64,000 bases of DNA from the human T2T-CHM13v2.0 reference genome, Homo sapiens: the NCBI RefSeq assembly GCF_009914755.1, contig NC_060925.1, one strand, 5' to 3'. The position numbers and the translations under genes were made by a program. Under the pieces are notes generated by a model, which saw only the letters and a program-made list of their open reading frames with translations, searched no databases and was not told the DNA's origin. Below, one piece after another: positions 44,888 through 60,884 of the stretch (within the stretch, counting starts at the first letter, position 1; each line of letters begins with the position of its first letter).

Positions 44888-46078
44888 GAACTTCTAACTT
44901 GTATCAGGAGTCAGGACCTGATCCCTGAGGTACTTGAGATGAACTGTCTTCTCACCTTCCAGGCTCTCACACCCTAATCACCAATTCAACCCAAGTGATC
45001 CTAAGGGGAAGTAGAAGACTAATTCTCCTATGAAGGACTTTATGTTCCTCAAACTGAAAGGTCACTAAAGTAATATTAACAAAATCGAGGATCATAATGG
45101 TTACTTTAATGACAAGTCAAACTTTAATATTTTAAAGAAATTACCGTAATATTAAGATGTAGGGCCACATTAAGGGAACAGAACTGTTACAAAATTCTGA
45201 AGGAAATTGACTTTTTAGAAGAAAAGATCACCTTTGGCAAATGCCATATGACTTCCGTGTTCTTTTTTCACTGGTTAAGGGATGTTATTTTCATGTTTGC
45301 CAAGAAAAAATTTATCTTCCTTGTTAAATCCTGAAGAGTTAGTCAACTCTTATTCCATCACAGAGTTATTAGGAAACATCTAAAGCTTACAGTGGTGTGA
45401 CTTGCAAAGTGATTTCCTAATACACTAACTTCAAAGGAACTTTGAAATCTCAGAATGTAAGAGCCAGCCCAGTGTTAATCCACCAAAGCACCACATAGTA
45501 GCCTGTTCGGGTTTGTTTTGATAGGTCTTTAACAAGCAGTCAAGCATTGAAGGTAGCATTCTGAAAAACACATTTCCCTATGCTATTCCTCTGATCTTTC
45601 TCTATGAAGGTGTCCTGTTTTATAACATGGAGAGCACAATGAAACTACCATTTTCATCTATACCTGCCAGCATATATCATCTTTAGCTTACTTTCCTGCT
45701 CTTTTAGGATCACAGCATAGAGATTCAGCTCTTCCCCCCAGCCAGGAAGGACTCTAGCCACAAAACTTGCTGGGTGGAAGAGATGATGTGAACACCTTTC
45801 TCCCTACCTATTACTCTTCCTTACGCCTCAATAGAAGAAAGAGTGGCAGAACAGGTGGCAAAATTTGTCAACTGTTACAAATCCCACTCCCCATACATAG
45901 GCGTCTGGGATGGAAAGAAAGATTATGCCCACTTCAAAGGGAACATATCTCTTCTTACCTTGCTGAAGAACCGTGAGTGAGTAATGATGTAATTGTTGTG
46001 GTTTCTTTATGGCCATACCCCATCTGGGCCACGTACCCTTTGAAGGTATGTGTACATTGACAAGGATGTAGGTGTTGG

Positions 46079-46079
<1 letters not shown>

Positions 46080-46122
<43 letters not shown>

Positions 46123-46143
46123 CAGAGAGAGAGAGAGAGAGAG
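46080..46143. repeat. Compound (GT)n(GA)n microsatellite
   Basis: About 17 GT units then about 14 GA units. Confidence 0.97.
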
Positions 46144-46370
46144 TGATTCTGTCTTTCCTACCCTGCATGAAACACATTTCTTTAACAGCTCTGCTCTCAT
46201 ATATATGTAAAATCTCCTAACTAGAAAATATCAGCCATTAAATTGCTCAAGGTCCTTTATTAAAAAATTTCTTTTCCTCTATTAAAAAACCCCTGTGACA
46301 AATTGTTCACAGAGTCCAGTGTCAGAAAGGGGTTGTTCTCATGACTAATTGGCCTGTTTGCTTCTATTGA

Positions 46371-46478
46371 AAAAATAAGTTATATAACTTATTTTTATAT
46401 GTTTTTATATTTTATATTTATATTTTATATTTTATATAACTTATTTATATAACTTATATAAAAATAAGTTACATAACT
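46371..46478. repeat. AT-rich palindromic/inverted repeat cluster
   Basis: Perfect 26-bp palindrome at 46371-46396; 23-bp inverted repeat 46378-46400 vs 46456-46478 (1 mismatch). Confidence 0.9.
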
Positions 46479-46707
46479 CATCATATTTTCCTCTTTGCCT
46501 TGGTTACTAGGAGGCTAACTTTTGTGTACAAACACTATAGCTTTTTTCCCATGTTTTTGCTAAAATATAATTTTCAACTCTCTTTCCCTTCCCTGTTTTT
46601 GAGTAAATCTGATAAATCTGAATGTTACTGAAAACCAAAGTTTGCACAGTTTATAACAAATTAACAGTAACCACTTACATAAAATGTTCTATAATGTTAA
46701 TGTGTAG

Positions 46708-47065
<358 letters not shown>

Positions 47066-49036
47066 CCACGCCTCTTTTTTAAAACTACAACAAGTCAGGA
47101 GATGTAATGCCTTCTTTGGACCATCGGATTCAGAAGGGTTACTTTGAGGAAAATTCTAAGAGATTCCCTTGATGATAAAGGGGTGTTTCCTTTTCAGCCT
47201 TCTTTTTCTCATTTTAATTTAGTAAACAGCACATTTGCCCATTAAAAGTTGTGTTTTCACTAAGAATCAAGTTAGATATTATTTTCTGCATTTGAAGTTG
47301 GACTCTACTTCTCAAAATTGGGCATTTGTGGGCTATTATAACTATCATATCCATAAACCCTTGTTTATCTCGGACTTTCTACATTTCAAATATTTTGATT
47401 TTTTTTTCCTATAGTAAGAATGTCACAGAAATGTTAGTAATGTGGTGTCCACAATACATCACACAAAATATCTCTTATTGTTGATTATGAGACAAAAATC
47501 CCAGGTCAAACTGTATATCCTTGTTTGGTGTCTAGAAAATGCGACCAACAGAATCCCAAGTTTTTAAAGGGGCATAATTAGAGGAGCTTGGAAAATGCAA
47601 ACTGCTGTAAGAAAATAGCCGCGACCTACGGTAGGGTCTACTATAATAATAACAGAATCTAGGGATCAGGAGTCAGAGCAAGATGACCAAATAGAAGCCT
47701 CCACTGATCATCCTCCCTGCAGGAACACCGAGTTGAACAATTATCAACACACAAAAGCACCTTCATAAGAACCAAAAATCAGGTGAGCATCACAGTACCT
47801 GGTTTTAAATTCGTATCACTGAAAGAGGCACTAAAGAGAGTAGGAAAGACAGTTTTGAAATGCCAGTGCCACCCCGCCTCATCCCCTGGCAGCAGCCTCA
47901 TGGCACAGGGAGAAAATCTGGGTACTTGGGGGAGGGAGAGCACAGGGATTGTGGGACTTTGTATTGGAATTCAGTGCTGCCCTGTCACAGAAACAAACAA
48001 ACAAAACACCAGGTGGGTCTCAGCTGGCACCCATGGAGGGAACATTTCAACCAGCCCTAACCTCAGGGGAATTGTCCATCTGAGAAGTTGGAACTTGAAT
48101 TCCAGCCACCCTTCATACCATGGGCTAAAGTGTTATGGAGTTCTAAATAAACTCGAAAGTCACTCTAGGCCACAAGGACTGCAATTCCTGGGCAAGTCCT
48201 GGTGCCGTGTGGACTTGGGGTGCACGTGACCTAGTGAGACACAACCTGGGGTGGCCAAGAGAATGGTTGTGCGACGCCTACCCCAACCCCAGGCAGCTCA
48301 GCTCACAACTCTGAAAGAGACTCCTTCTTTCTACCTGAGGGGAGGAGAAGGAAGAATAAAGAAGACTTTGTCTTGCAACATGGATACCAGCTCAGCCACA
48401 ATAGGATAGGACACCAGGCAGAGTCGTTACGGTGCTCATTTCAAGCCTTGGCACCCAGATATTTCTAGACACACCCTGGGCCAGGAGGAGACCTGCTGCC
48501 TTGAAGGGAAGGACCCAGTCCTGGCAGAATTTATTAACTGCTGACCAAAGAACCCTTGGGCCCTGAATAATCAGCAGGGGGTAGTAAGGCAGCATTTGTC
48601 ATGAGCCTTGGGTGAGACTCAGAGACGTGCTAGCTTCAGGTGTGACCCAGCACATTTGCAGATCTAAGGACTACATGGAAGGACTCCTTCTGCTTGAAAA
48701 AAAGGCAGAGGGAAGAGTAGAGGAGTCTTTGACTTGAGCTTAGGTACCAGCTTGGTCACAGTGGGGAAGGGCACCAAGCAGGCTCTTATGGCCCCCAATT
48801 CCAGGCCTTGGCTCTAGGATGGAAGTTGTGGACTTTCCCTGGGCCAGAAGGGAGCCCATTGCCCTGAAGTGAGAGTCCTAGGCCTGGTGGCATTTACCAA
48901 AAGCTGCCTGAAGAGCCCTTGGGCCTTGAGTGAGCATCAGTGGTAGCTAGGCAGCATTTGCCACAGGCCTGGGGCAGCAGTAGCCATGGGGGGAGACTCC
49001 TCTGCTTGTGGAAATGGGAAATAAGAGGGGGAGGAA

Positions 49037-49347
<311 letters not shown>

Positions 49348-51126
49348 TTATGGCTTGGGTGCCAGCTCAGCCACAGAACAATAGAGCACTAGGTAGATCC
49401 CTAAGGTTTCCAACTCTAAGCCCTGGCCTCCATACAGCGTCTCTGCACCAGTCTGGAGAGTGAGAAACTCACCACCCTGAAGGGAAGGACACAAGCCTGG
49501 CTGATTTCACTACCTGCTGACTGTAGAGTCCTAGGGCCTTGAGTGAATGTGGGTAGTAGTCAGGCAGTAGTTACGGTGGTCTTTTGGTGAGACCTAGTGC
49601 TGTGCTAGCTTCAGGTGTGGCCTAACACAGTCTCAGTGGTTGTGGCCACAGGAGTGCTTGTGTCACCCCTCCCACAGCTTCAGGCAGCTCAGCACAGAGA
49701 GATACTCCATTTGTTTGGGAGAAAGTAAGGGAGGAGTCTCTGCCCTGTAATTCAGAGAATTCTTCAAGATCTTATCCAAGACCACCAAGGCAGGACCTCT
49801 GTGAGTCTGCAAGAACCACAGCGTTACTGGGCTTGGGGTAACTTCTAATGCAGATATGGCTATAGTGATCAAAAACTTAGATCACCAAACCGAAGTCCGT
49901 TCAAATACCTGGAAAGCCTTTCCAAGAAAGACGGGTACAAACAAGCCCAGATTGCAAAGACTGCAATAACTACCTAATTCTTCAAAGCCTGGACATTGAC
50001 AAGCATCCATAAGCATCAAAACCATCCAAGAAAACAGGACCTCACCAAACAAACCTCACCAAAAATAAGGCCACAGAGACCAATCCCAGAGAGACAGAGA
50101 TATGTGACCTTTCAGACAGAGAATGCCAAATAGTTGTTTTGACAAAACTCAAAGAAATTCAAGATAACACAGAAAAGGAATTCAGAATCCTATCAGATAA
50201 GTTTAACAAAGAAATGGAAACAAAAAGAATCAAGAGGAAATTCTGGAGTTGAAAAATGTAATCAACATACTGAAAAATGCATCAGAGCCTGTTAAAGAGC
50301 AGAATTGATCAAGCAGAAGAAAGAATTAGTGAGCTTGAAGACAGGCTATTTGAAAATACACTGTCAGAGGAGACAAAAGAAAAAAGAATGAAAAAGAATG
50401 AAGCATGTCTACAAGATCTAGAAAACAGCCTCAAAAAGGCAAATCTAAGAGGTATTGACCTTAAAGAAGAGGTAGAGAGAGAGAGATAGGGGTAGAAAGC
50501 TTACGGAAAGGATAACAGAGAGGTTATCCCAAACCTAGAAATATTAATATTCAAGTACAGGAAGGTTATAGAAAACCAAGCAGATTAAACTCAAAGAAGG
50601 CCACCTCAAGGCATTTAATAATCAAATTCCCAAAGGTCAAGCATAAAGAAAGGATTCTAAAAGAAACAAGAGAAAAGAAACAAATAATATACAATGCAGC
50701 TCCAATACATCTGGCAGCACACTTTTCAGTAGAAGCCTTACAGGCCAGGGGAGAGTGGCATGACATATTTAAAGTGCTAAAGGGAAAAAAATTTAACCCC
50801 AGAATAGTATACCTGGCAAAAATATCCTTCAAATATAAAGGACAAATACAGGCTTTCCCACACAAACAAAAGCTGAGGAATTTCATTAATACCAGAACTG
50901 TCCCACAAGAAATGCTAAAGGGAGTTCTTCAATCAGAAAGAACACAACTTTAGTGAGCAATAAGAAATCATCGAAGGCATAAAACTCACTGGTAATAGTA
51001 AGTACACAGAAAAACACAGACTATTATAACACCGTAATTGTGGTGTGTAAACTACTCATATCTTAAGTAGAAAGACAGAAAGATAATAAAAAACAACTTT
51101 TCAAGACTTAGACAGTACAATAAGAT

Positions 51127-51813
<687 letters not shown>

Positions 51814-53850
51814 AAAGTTAAAATGTAGAGTTTTTATTAGTTTTCTTTTTGCTTGTTTCTCAGTTTGTTTATGCTATCAGAGTTAAGTTGTCATCAGTTT
51901 AAAATAATGGGTTATAAGATGTTATTTACAACCCTCATGGTAACTCGAATCAAAAAACATACAAAGGGTACAAAAAAACCATGAAGCAAAAAGCTAAAGT
52001 ATACCACCAGAGAAAATCACTTTCACTAAAAGGAAGATATACAATGAAAAACATACAATGGTTATACAAAAAATAAGCAGCAAGAAACTAAAGCATACCA
52101 CCAGAGAAAATTACCTTCACTAAAAGGAAGACAGGAAGGAAGGAAAGAAGGAAGAGAAGATCACAAAACAGACAGAAAACAGAAAACAAAATCGCGGGAC
52201 AAAGTCTTTAATTATCAATAATAAAATTAAAAGTAAATGGACTAAACTCTCCAATCAAAAGACATAGAGTGGATTTTAAAAACAAGTGGATTTAAATCTG
52301 AATGGATTTAAAAAACAAGACTCAATGACCTGTTGCCTACAAGAAACACACGTCATCTGTAAAGACCTAAATAGACTGAAAACAAAGGGATGGAAAAAGA
52401 CTGTATTCAAAGGAAACCAAAAAAACAGCAGAAGTAGTTATATTTATATCAGCCAAAATAGATTTCAAGACAAAAACTATAAAAAGACACAAAGATGATC
52501 ATTACATAATGATAAAGTGATCAATTCACCAAGAGGATATAACAATTATAAGTATATATGTACCCAACACTGAGGCACCCAGAAATATAAAGAAAATATT
52601 ACTAGAGCTAAAGAGAGGGATAGACCCCAACACAATTAGAGCTGAAGACCTCAACCTCATTTTGAGCATTGGAAAGATCATCCAGACAGAAAATCAACAA
52701 AGAAACACTGGACTGCATCATAGACCAAATGGATTTTATATTTACAGACATTTTGTCCAATGGCTACAGAATACACATTATTCTCCTCAGCATATGGGCC
52801 ACTAAAAAACTCTTATAACTGATAAACAAATTTGGTAAAGTTGCAGAATACTAAATCAACATACAAAAATCAGTAGCATTTCTATATGCTAACAGCAAAC
52901 AATCTGAAAAGAAATCAAGAAAGTAATCTCATTTATAATAGCTATAAATGAAATTAAATACCTAGGAGTTAACCAAAGAAGTGAAAGATCTCTACAATAA
53001 AAAATATAAAGCATTGATGCAAGAAATTGAGGAGGACACAAAAAATGGACAGATATTTCATCTTCATGAATTGGAAGAATTAATATTGTTAAAATGTCCA
53101 TGCTACCCAAAGCAATTACAGATTCAATACAATCTATCAAAATACTAATAACATTCTTTACAGAAATAGAAAAAAAATCCTGAAATTTATATGAAGCCAC
53201 AAAAGACCCAGAATAGCCAGAGCAAAAATAAAAACTGAAAGAATTACATTACCTGACTTCAAATTATACTACAGAGCTATACTAACCAAAATAACACGGT
53301 AGTGGCATAGAAACAGACACATAGACCAATAGAACAGAATTGAGAACCCGGAAACAAATCCATACATCTACAGTGAACTCATTTTCAACAAAAGTGCCAA
53401 GAACATACCTTGGGGAAAGGGACAGTCTCTTCAATAAATGGTGCTGGGAAAACTGGATATCCATTACACAGAAGGATGAAACTAGACCTCTATCTCTCAC
53501 CATATACAAAAGCCAAATCAAAATTAATTAAAGAATTAAATCTAATACCTCAAACTATGAAACTACTACAAGAAAACATTGGAGAAAATCTCCAGGACAT
53601 TGGCCTGGGCAAAAATTTATTGAGCAATACCCCACAAGCATAGGCAACGAAAGCAAAAATAGACAAACAGGATTACGTCAAGTTAAAAAGCTTCTGTACA
53701 GCAAAGGAAACATAAACGAAGTGCAAAGACAACCCACAGAATCGGAGAAAATCTTTGCAAATGATCAATCTCACAAGGGATTAATAATAACCAGAATATA
53801 TAAGGAGCTAAAACAGCTCTACAAGGAAAAAAAATCTAAAAATCCAATTT

Positions 53851-54604
<754 letters not shown>

Positions 54605-55098
54605 TAAAAATCCAATTTAAAAATGGGCAAAAGATTTGAATAGACATTTCTCAAAAGAATCCATACAAATGGCAAACAGGTATATGAAAATGTGCTAAAA
54701 ATCATTAAGCATCAGAGGAATGCAAATCAAAACTACAATGAGATATACTCTTAGCCATTAAAATGGCTTTTATCCAAAAGACAGGCAATAACAAATACTG
54801 GAGATAATGTGGAGAAAAGAGAACCATACATACAAAGAGAACATACACCATTGTTGGGAATGTAAATTAGTACAACCACTATGTAAAACAGTTTGCAGAT
54901 TCCTCAAGAAACTAAAAATAGAGTTACCATATGATCCAACAATCCCATTGCTAGGTATATACCCCAAAGAAAGCAAATTAGTATATAAAGAGATATCTGC
55001 AGTGCCATGTTTATTGCAGCACTATTCACAATACCCAATATTGGGAAGCAACCCAAGTGTCCATCAGCAGACGAGTATCTCAAGAAAATGTGGTACTT

Positions 55099-56640
55099 CC
55101 ACTGACTTTCTTCACAGAATTGGGAAAAACTACTTTAAATTTCATATGGAACCCAAAAGGAGCCCACATAGCCAAGACAATCCTAAGCCAAAAGAACAAA
55201 GTGGGAGGCATCACGCTACCTGACTTCAAACTATACTACAAGGCTACAGTGACCAAAACAGCATGGTACTTGTACCAAAACAGATATATAGACCAATGCA
55301 ACAGAACAGAGACCTCAGAAATAACACCACACATCTACAATCATCTGCTCTTTGACAAACCTGACAAAAACAAGCAATGGGGAAAGGATTCCCTATTTAA
55401 TAAATGGTGCTAGGAAAACTGGCTAGCCATATATAGAAAGCTGAAACTGGATCCCTTCCTTACACCATGTACAAAAATTAACCAAGATGGATTAAAGACT
55501 TAAATGTTAGACCTAAAACCATAAAAACCCTAGAAGAAAACCTAGGCAATATGATTCAGGACATAGGCATGGGCAAGGACTTCATGACTATAACACCAAA
55601 AGCAATGGCAACAAAAGCCAAAATTGACAAATGGGATCTAATTAAACTAAAGCACTTCTGCACAGCAAAAGAAACTATCATCAGAGTGAACAGGCAACCT
55701 ACAGAATGGCAGAAAATTTTTGCAATCTACCCATCTGACAAAAGGCTAATATCCAGAATCTACAAAGAACTTAAACAAATTTACAAGAAAAAAAACCATC
55801 AAAAAGTGGGCAAAGGATATGAACAGACACTTCACAAAAGAAGACATTTACGCAGTCAACAGACATATGCAAAAATGCTCATCAGCACTGGTCATCAGAG
55901 AAATGCAAATCAAAACCACAATGAGATACCATCTCATGCCAGTTAGAATGGCAATCATTCAAAAGTCAGGAAACAACAGATGCTGGAGAGGATGTGGAGA
56001 AATAGGAATTCTTTTACACTGTTGGTGGGAGTGTAAATTAGTTCAACCATTGTGGAAGACAGTGTGGTGGTCCCTCAAGGATCTAGAACTAGAAATACCA
56101 TTTGACCCAGCCATCCCATTACTGGGTATATACCCAAAGGATTATAAATCATACTACTATAAAGAGACATGCACACATATATTTATTGCGGCAGTATTCA
56201 CAATAGCAAAGACTTGGAACCAACCCAAATGTCCCAAATGTCCATCAATAATAGACTGGATAAAGAAATTGTGGCACATATACACCATGGAATACTATGC
56301 AACCATAAAAAAGGATGAGTTCATGTCCTTTGCAGGGACATGGATGAAGCTGAAAACCATCATTGTCAACAAAATATCACAAGGACAGCAAGCCAAACAC
56401 CGCATGTTCTCACTCATAAGTGGGAGTTGAACAATGAGAACACATGGACACAGGGAGGGGAACATCACACACCAGGGCCTATTGGGGGCTGGGGGGCTGG
56501 GGGAGGGATAGCGTTAGGAGAAATACCTAATGTAAATGATGAGTTGATGGGTGCAGCAAACCAACATGGCACATGTATACCTATGTAACAAACCTGCACG
56601 TTGTGCACATGTACCCTAGAACTTAAAGTATAATAAAAAA
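55099..56640 (+). mobile_element. L1PA (PA6/7-like) 5'-truncated element nested in the L1MA; ORF2 C-terminal remnants
   Basis: ORFs 55057-55413, 55551-55946 and 55819-56430 (..[12 protein letters not shown].., ..[10 protein letters not shown].., ..[10 protein letters not shown]) broken by stops and frameshifts; L1PA 3'UTR; flanking (g)tggtactt repeats. Confidence 0.95.
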
Positions 56641-57490
56641 AATGGTACTTATACAAAATGGAGTACTATTCAGTGATAAAAAAAGGATGACTTCCTGTCA
56701 TTTGCAACAACATGGATGGAACTGGAAGTCTTATGTTAAGTGAAATAAGCCAGGCACAGAAATACAAGCTTTGCAAGTTCTCACCAATTTGTGGGAGCAA
56801 AAAATAAAAACCACTGGACTCATGGAGATAGAGGGTAGAATGGTGGTTACCAGAAGCTGGGAAGGGTAGTCGGGTGAGGGAAGGGGGAAGGATAGTGGTT
56901 ACAAAAATGTAGTTAGATAGAATGAATAAGATCTAGTATTTGATAGCACAATAGAATAACTACACTCAACAATAATTTATTGTATATTTTTGAATAACTA
57001 AAAGAGTATAAATGGATTGTTACAAAAAAGGGATAAATGCTTGAGATGATGGATATTCCATTTACCCTGATGTGATTATTATGCATTGTATGCCTGTAAC
57101 AAAATATCTCATGTACCCCATAAATATATATACCTACTATATAAGCAGAAAAGTTAAAAATAAAAAATTTTTTTAAAAATTGAATCTTGGTATTCATAAT
57201 TATTGACTCAATATTTTCTTACTAAGACCATTACTGAATAATGACCATGCTTTTTGCCAGACATAGAATTGTTCCAAGGAAGTCTAGGGTCTAATATAAA
57301 GCAAGGTATTCTATAATAGTATAATAATAATCCTGTCTGTGCTATCCATTTGTAATTAGTCCATTCAGAATCATGATCTTAAAATAATTTCATCTAGTAG
57401 GATATATATATATATTACATATGTATTTATATATTTATAAAATTGAAATACATATATATGTATCTATAAAATGGAAATACATACATATTT

Positions 57491-57715
57491 ATCCTGTCAT
57501 TTTCAACAATATGGATGGAACTGGAGATCATTATGTTAAGTGAAATAAACCAGGCACAGAAAGACAAACTTTGCATGTTCTCACTTATTTGTGGGAGCTA
57601 GAAATTAAAACTATTGAACTCCTGGAGATGGAGAGTAGAATGATGGTTACCAGAGGCTGGAAAGAATAATGTAGGCAGGGAGTGGGAAAGGTTAATGGTA
57701 CAAACATATAGTTAG
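57491..57715 (+). mobile_element. Internal L1MA fragment lacking a poly(A), flanked by a 25-bp direct repeat
   Basis: atcctgtcatt..ggatggaactggag..gttaccagaggctgg..gttag; ataaaatggaaatacatacatattt at 57466-57490 and 57716-57740. Confidence 0.88.
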
Positions 57716-59497
57716 ATAAAATGGAAATACATACATATTTCCATTTTGTAGATAGAAAAAAACAGAAGCTCAGAGATGTCCAGCAGCCTGTCCCAGGTTG
57801 CTTGGTGAAGTGTTTTTTACAACTCCTTTGCCAGTGCTCTGCCTCTGTTATGTAAAAAAATACAAGGTGGTATTTGTAGTATCACTTGCTATGCAGCCTG
57901 TAATGGTTAACTAGATTAATTAGTCGTAAGTGATTCAGAAGCACTGGGTAAACATGGGTGTGTATACATAAATGATCAGTCACATATCAAATAGCTTTTA
58001 GCCTACATATGTTTGAAGAAGGGTGCTCTAGGAAGAATTTTTAAAAGCTAAGCTTCAGAAGTAAAGGTTCTTATGCAACACTGATATTAATATTCTATAA
58101 AACTATTTAAAATTGATTAGGTTGCTATATCACTAAAAATCCAGAGGGAACTAATAATTTTGGAGTATTGCCCAAATGATGACCCCAGGCAACCCCTGAA
58201 ACCAGCAGTGAATACTGCGTTAGGATTTCAATCTATTTATTAATATTATGCTTCTACACAAAGAACACAAAATAGAGAGAAGAGAGGAGAGCAATGGCCT
58301 GTCTAGTTGATATGATCAGTATTGATAATTAGAGGAGATAAAGAACAAGTAACAGATTTTGAGATTTTTGTCTGAATTGTCTGAATAATTGTCTAAGCTG
58401 CTTGTGTGTGTTTGTGTGTGTGTATGTCTGTGTGTCTGTGTGTAGATTCAGAGATGAAAATGAATTTCAATTTTTAAAAATCCATTCCTCATAATTGGTC
58501 CTAATGCCTAATGATAGCATTTTTCAAAATAGAAGTTCATCTGATATTGTTGTTAGTAGAGGCAAAGGGAAAGGGAGTCTCTGCTTTCTGGAAAGCTAGC
58601 AGCATGGCATTAGCTCACCATAAGTATCAGTGGTGCGTATAGTGACCCTCTTGCCCCCCTTTTCTCTGTTCTCACACCTATTGTTACGTAAGAAACTCCC
58701 CTTTTCTCTCTTTCTTAGAATTCTTATGAAGAATTTCTGCTCTTGCTCAGCACTGTTGTTCTTCCAATGCCCTCGTGTGAGAGAATAAGAATTACTTGCA
58801 AATCAAATTCCAGGGATTTGCATGGTAGACTTGAAGCTCTTGCTGCCTTTTGTTGGATAACTAAGATTGGTTTGTATCTTGTACAAACATTCCTGTCATT
58901 CATTAAAAGAAATGTAATAGTCTATTTAGGTATGCAATTCCTTCACTTCTCCAAACATATGACCTGTTTGCCTCTTCAGAAGAAGCCAGAGAGCTGGATC
59001 AACCTCTTTTGGCTGCTAAGTTACTGTACTTGTTTCTATTACCCTTGGTCCACGTGTATTGCCAGGAAAAAGATCTTCCCTTGAGCTTCAAACATTTGAT
59101 TCTTAACCCCATATATCATTCTTAAAATTATCAAGATGACTTTGTTAAGCAACTGCTAAGCTAACTCATAGGTATTGCCAATGGCATACACTCTTTATCT
59201 ATAGGAAAATATTAGATAGTAATGTACTCAGAAACTTGGAACAATTTTTTTTCTTTACAAAGTGATAATGACCTCTATACTTGACCTCCCAATTAAGAGT
59301 GTAGTTTAAAGAAACTGCCAAATGTTCACAATTAGGCAATAGAAAGACCTACTTAAGAAGTAGAAAGCAAGCTTCCCATCTGTGAAGTCTTTACTACCCA
59401 CATGGAACAAAGATAACATAAAAATGTCAAGTGAACAATTACATATGGAATTCTAGGAACTCTGGAAGGGAGGAAGAACCAGAGGAGTCTTCCAGAT

Positions 59498-59704
59498 CAA
59501 GGATCAACAAACTCTTCTTGTAAAGAGACAGAAAACAGATATTTTAGGCTTTGCAGGCCATATGTTCTTTGTTGCAACTATTCAGCTCTGCTTTGTAGTG
59601 CAAACGTAGCCATAGACAATAATGAGTATAATTGTATTTCAATAAAACTTTATTTATAAAAACAGATGGTGGGCCAGCTTTGGATCATAGATTGCTGATT
59701 CCTG
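59498..59704. mobile_element. MER58A hAT-Charlie DNA transposon
   Basis: atattttaggctttgcaggccatatg..gcaactattcagctctgc..caataaaactttatttataaaaacag..ttgctgattcctg. Confidence 0.9.
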
Positions 59705-59819
59705 TCCTAGACCAAACCCCTCCCAATATAGAAATCTCATCTCTAGCACCCAGACCATTCTATATTTGGACAGTTGTAATAACTGGAGGTTTTCCTTATA
59801 CAAAGTTACACCGTGTCTC

Positions 59820-60550
59820 TCTGAAACTCTCACCCACTGTTACCACCGTTGCCTCTGAACTAGACCATGACAGTAGCCTCCTAACTTATCTCTCTGGTTC
59901 TACCTTGTCCTTCCTACAATCAATTCTCCATAGAAGCCCCTTAACTAGTCCTTATAAAATGTAAGCCAAATCATGTCATTCTCTGGCTCAAGGTCCTCTG
60001 ATAGTTTTCTATAACATTTACAATAAATCAAAATGCTTTACCTCAGCCTATAATTATAGGCCTGAAATACCTGGTTTCATGACTGTTTCTCTGATCTCAT
60101 TTCCTACTACTCACTGCTCTCTGGCCACACTGGCTTCTCAGTGTTTTCCAACATACTATGTGCATTCCCATCTCAGGGCGTTTGTGCTGGTTTTTATTTG
60201 TCTGGAATTTCTTCTCCCAAATGCTTGCAGGGCTTGCTCCTTCTTTTCATTCAAGTCTCTGCTCAAATGCTACCATCTCAGAGAGGCCTTCTCCAGCTGC
60301 ATTATCTATCCTGCTCCATGCTCGACTGTATATTTTACCCTGCTCTATTTTATTTCATATCATCTAACGCTAACATTATATTATACATATGAATGTGTGA
60401 TTCTTTTTATAATTTACTCCCCCAACTCATGCCAGTTTTATATCAGTAGGAATTTATGTGCCTTGTTCACTGTTGTATTTCTACTGCCTAGAGCAGGAAC
60501 TAGTATATATCAGTTACTTACTACATATTTGCTGGATACATGATAAATGT
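59820..60550 (+). mobile_element. L2a fragment
   Basis: agcctcctaact..ctcagggcgtttg..tctgctcaaatg..ctcagagaggcctt..ttgttcactgttgtatttctactgcctagagcag. Confidence 0.85.
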
Positions 60551-60884
60551 GGCTTTGCCCAGTGCAGTTTCCAAAAATACATATGATCACTCTTCCATAT
60601 GACAACACTTCTACACGTGAAGGCAAGCTCTATATTCTTCCTAAATTTCCTAGTATCCAGGGATATGTAGCTTCCACTCCTGTAATATTTGCATTACTCC
60701 CTTAGGCCCAATAACTGGTCATGATCCTTAAGTTTTGACCTTAGGCTTCTACCTACATTTGCTCATCAGGTTACATCTGCCCCTGGTCACTCTGGGTACC
60801 TACTTTACCAGATCTAGTTTGACTTTTGGGACCTCTACTCCCTAAGGTTTGCCCAGGCACTTGTGAAAGGGAATCAAACACCAG

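Noticed and set aside
50277-50489. Coiled-coil ORF
   Set aside because: Remnant of L1 ORF1p interrupted by stops and frameshifts
55819-56430. Longest ORF (203 aa) as a protein-coding gene
   Set aside because: It is the C-terminus of L1 ORF2p in a 5'-truncated, frameshifted L1PA with no promoter or N-terminal domains
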